Notes under the pieces: generated by a model
Seen by the model: only the letters and a program-made list of their open reading frames with translations
Told to the model about the DNA's origin: nothing
Databases searched by the model: none
From: Candidatus Wolframiiraptor sinensis
Lineage (GTDB): Archaea; Thermoproteota; Nitrososphaeria_A; Caldarchaeales; Wolframiiraptoraceae
NCBI GenBank assembly: GCA_023261815.1
Contig: JALNKA010000012.1
Coordinates: forward strand, 1-31,238
Length of the DNA stretch: 31,238 nt
Direction of reading: 5' to 3'
Position numbers and translations under genes: made by a program
Shown here: positions 28,321 to 31,238 of the stretch, in pieces
Layout of the letters: every line of letters starts with the position of its first letter
How positions within the stretch are numbered: the first letter of the stretch is position 1

Positions 28321-29547
28321 CTATTCAATCGCGTTCTCCTCTTCCTCGGCTTCCCCTCTTCTCATGGATCTGGCTAGCAGGATTACTAGGATTAGGACGC
28401 CTGATCCCAGCGCTATCACCACGAGCCTGAAGATGTTGAATGTTGTCTCGAGGGATTTCGCGTATTCCGCGATATCCGTGAGGTTGGCTCTCAGCATCCT
28501 GTTCTCCCTGATCAGGCCTAGGATTGTTTTATTGCAGTATTCTGCAAGCTGCAATCCCATCTGAACCAGCTGCGTGAGGTTCTGCTTGAGGATCATGTTC
28601 TCCTCCCTCAGATGCTCTAGGGCTTGATTCGCTAGCTGGAGGTCGAGGGCCGTGTCGGCTAGCTGCTCCATCAAGGCCTCATTGATCATTCTAAGCTCCG
28701 CGTTCTCCCTGCTGAGGTTCTCAACAGCCTCCCCGAGGCCACGATTCGCCTCCTCAAACTCCTTCAGGAGACTCCTCGCATCCTTCAAGGCTTTCCACAG
28801 GATCTCGTTATCGCGCCTGAGTCCCGCGGCCTCCTCCCTGAGCTTCCGGAACTCCACCTCATATGGGACCACCATTTTATAGGGGATGCCTTTCGGGAGC
28901 GTCACGTTCTTGAAGAATTCATCGGGCCCGAATTCCTGGTAATAGACGGCGTATAGGGCGTAGAGGTCGAGGGTTGAGGGATAAACCTTCTCCCTTGTCT
29001 CGGAGGGGACGTAGAGCATGGGCTCCGGCTCCTTGTTATCCGTGAAAAGCTGCCACGCGTGACCGAGGCCTAGGGCGTGTAATAACTCATGAAGTATTAC
29101 TCCATGAACCCACTCCCTTGTCCCCATCTTGAATATGCCGCATGTAACGTAGATTCCGGACTTGTAGGAGGGAATGGCCCCCGTATAATTCGTGAAAGCT
29201 ATGTAATCTCCGAGGTTCTCCGCCAGGCTGAAGGTTATGACCGCGTCCTCCCGCCTCGAGACGTTCATGAAGCTTATCTCGAGCAGCCTGGAGTATTCCG
29301 GATACTCGTCGGCGAATCTAATGATCGCTTTCCTCAGATCTCTTATAGCCTCATAGAACAAGGCCTCCAGCTTGCCGTGATCCGGGCATGAGGTCTGTTG
29401 AACGTAAATACCTAGGGGGAAGTTTTTTGAGGGCGGCCGTTGCACGGTTATCACTGGAGCCTGCTTCTCCGCGCTTATGGCTGGAAACGCCGTGGCTAGC
29501 AGCATCAGGGCTAGGATTATCGCGGCGGCCATGAATCCGGCTCGCAC
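28321..29547 (-). CDS. Secreted, C-terminally anchored metzincin (matrixin-like) with coiled-coil stalk
   Basis: Signal peptide, HELLHALGLGH, Met-turn EPMLY, STLDLYAL, heptad region and a C-terminal TM helix. Confidence 0.8.
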   Translation of the reverse strand: MRAGFMAAAIILALMLLATAFPAISAEKQAPVITVQRPPSKNFPLGIYVQQTSCPDHGKLEALFYEAIRDLRKAIIRFADEYPEYSRLLEISFMNVSRREDAVITFSLAENLGDYIAFTNYTGAIPSYKSGIYVTCGIFKMGTREWVHGVILHELLHALGLGHAWQLFTDNKEPEPMLYVPSETREKVYPSTLDLYALYAVYYQEFGPDEFFKNVTLPKGIPYKMVVPYEVEFRKLREEAAGLRRDNEILWKALKDARSLLKEFEEANRGLGEAVENLSRENAELRMINEALMEQLADTALDLQLANQALEHLREENMILKQNLTQLVQMGLQLAEYCNKTILGLIRENRMLRANLTDIAEYAKSLETTFNIFRLVVIALGSGVLILVILLARSMRRGEAEEEENAIE

Positions 29548-29683
29548 GGCTTCAGCCTCCCCTAGCTATGAATATGAACTCGCTATAAGGCCATTTCACG
29601 AGCAGCACCCCAGCCAGCGGGCCAACTATATTTCCGGCCCTAAGTAACAGTTATTGTTACTGTTACCGAAACGGACTTTGCAG

Positions 29684-30874
29684 CTAGCCCGACTTTTGAT
29701 AAATCCGCCGCATCCTCAATATGATGGCGGAGAAGATGATTAGGCAGGCGGCTATCGCCCCGATGAGGGCGAATAGCATGAGCCTGACTTGTTCATAGCT
29801 TCGCGCGAGCCCTTCTAAAGCTGTTGAGAGGGCGGAAATTTCCCCGCCGAGTTTCGCGATTCCCGTGGAGATGGTTTGATTTACGGAGGAGATGGATGCG
29901 CTTAATTCGCCGATTTCCGCGCTCAGCGTCTGGTTCATGGATAGGAGGGATGAGTTTAGCTCTTGGAGCCGCGTCTCCACGTCTTCAACGCGCCTTGAGG
30001 TCTCGTTGAGCCCGGTTTCCACGGCGCCCAGCCTCGAGCTTATTTCGCCGGTCTTTATGATCAAGTCCGTCACAGCGGTTTCAACCCGCTCAAACCGGGT
30101 TTCCAGGTTCTCAACTTTCTGGGAAAGCTCCCCGTATTTCGCGTGAAGCTCCTCATACATTTTCCTCAGCTCATCGAATTCCACCACGTATGGCTTGACC
30201 TCTTTATACGTGATCGGGAGATCGCTCAGGTAGACCATTCTACCATCATAGTCCCTGAACCATAGTAGGTATAGGGCGTAAATATCCAGCGTCGAGACGT
30301 AGATCGTTGGCTCTGGCTGGCGCTTGGATTCCGCCATTATCTCGATCGTGTCGCCGATCTTCTCGAAATTGCTGTGCCCCAACCCGAGGGCGTGCAATAG
30401 CTCGTGGAGCACGACGTTGAACGCTGGGACTACCGGCTTCAAGACGACCTCGCAATCATATATTATCTCCGTTTGCGGGACCAGCCTGCCATCCACCATC
30501 TTGATCACGGTGATGCCGGCTACTTCTCTTCCGAGCTGCTTGCCGGTCACGTATATTAGAGCGCTCTCCCGGGTTTCCGCGTATTCTATCCTCAGCTTGA
30601 CGAGTTCATCGTAGCCGAGGTTATCGTTTTCCTCCATGAACCTGTAAATGCTTTTTCTCAGCATGATTATCGCGGTGTCCAAGGTGGCTTTTAAAACCCG
30701 GTTAAAGTCTTCGCCGCATTCCTTAGATGGCTCCCAATAAATTGTTATGGGGATTTTCCGGTATTCGCGGCTCAGCGGGATCACTTCCAAGCCGAAACCT
30801 TTCCACGCTCCCGCTACAGGATGAATTGAAAGGATTAAGAGCGAGGTCAAAAAGAAGATGACCGCAATTTTCAT
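29684..30874 (-). CDS. Second metzincin paralog with coiled-coil stalk and C-terminal TM helix
   Basis: Signal peptide, HELLHALGLGH, EIM, STLDIYAL, heptad region and TM helix. Confidence 0.8.
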   Translation of the reverse strand: MKIAVIFFLTSLLILSIHPVAGAWKGFGLEVIPLSREYRKIPITIYWEPSKECGEDFNRVLKATLDTAIIMLRKSIYRFMEENDNLGYDELVKLRIEYAETRESALIYVTGKQLGREVAGITVIKMVDGRLVPQTEIIYDCEVVLKPVVPAFNVVLHELLHALGLGHSNFEKIGDTIEIMAESKRQPEPTIYVSTLDIYALYLLWFRDYDGRMVYLSDLPITYKEVKPYVVEFDELRKMYEELHAKYGELSQKVENLETRFERVETAVTDLIIKTGEISSRLGAVETGLNETSRRVEDVETRLQELNSSLLSMNQTLSAEIGELSASISSVNQTISTGIAKLGGEISALSTALEGLARSYEQVRLMLFALIGAIAACLIIFSAIILRMRRIYQKSG

Positions 30875-30945
30875 CCATTAATTTGTATGAGAGGACCATA
30901 TAAAGGTGATGAGAAGTGTTAGCCTCTTATTGAGTATAAGTACAA

Positions 30946-30986
30946 ATATAAATAGAGTAAGTAAAAGTATGATATAAATAGAGTAA
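30946..30986. repeat. 15-bp direct repeat ATATAAATAGAGTAA x2 (26-bp period)
   Basis: Copies at 30946-30960 and 30972-30986 in an AT-rich intergenic region. Confidence 0.7.
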
Positions 30987-30999
30987 AACTCGCCAACGG

Positions 31000-31215
31000 C
31001 TAAAACTTCCTCTCGAGTTCAATATCCTCGCTAGGCTTCAGCTGAACCTCCATTCCCGATGGAGCTTGTGGAAAAGCTATCCTTATGCTCGGCTGAAAGG
31101 CGGCGGCCAAGCCCAGCAGCAGAATCAAGGTTATCGCGAGGCCTATCATGAAGCTCCTACTACCATCACCCCTATCCCCAGCTCTTCTCCTCGGGCTCAT
31201 CAAGCCCATCCACAT
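31000..31215 (-). CDS. Short hypothetical membrane/secreted protein, possibly truncated
   Basis: Basic N-terminus followed by a hydrophobic signal/TM segment; it ends soon afterwards. Confidence 0.4.
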   Translation of the reverse strand: MWMGLMSPRRRAGDRGDGSRSFMIGLAITLILLLGLAAAFQPSIRIAFPQAPSGMEVQLKPSEDIELERKF

Positions 31216-31238
31216 GAAGACAGGGCTTTAAGGGTAGA

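Overview
This is a high-GC thermophilic archaeal window. The 16S sequence and gene content point to the TACK group, probably Aigarchaeota/Caldarchaeales-like; that assignment is an inference. Housekeeping content: class II ribonucleotide reductase, Topo VI-A, ArgRS, HisRS, Trm14, a DRG GTPase, Hsp20, a stand-alone 16S rRNA with a bulge-helix-bulge (BHB) processing stem, tRNA-Arg(CCU), a VapBC pair and two tandem membrane-anchored metzincins. Two loci stand out. (1) The resident tyrS is split by a ~2 kb AT-richer cassette that has removed its HIGH-motif region. The cassette carries an HTH-LAGLIDADG endonuclease (now frameshifted) and a complete, divergent replacement TyrRS, which looks like a natural 'home-and-rescue' selfish element. 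(2) Next to the 16S promoter lies a ~217-nt, almost fully base-paired candidate ncRNA with a double long-range pairing that I cannot match to a known family. Also noted: candidate H/ACA and C/D sRNAs, a 16S-leader hairpin that mimics the 16S termini, a HisD/HisB-like pair with altered metal ligands, and a deleted, frameshifted sugar ABC locus. All alignments and folds were done by eye; no database searches were run.
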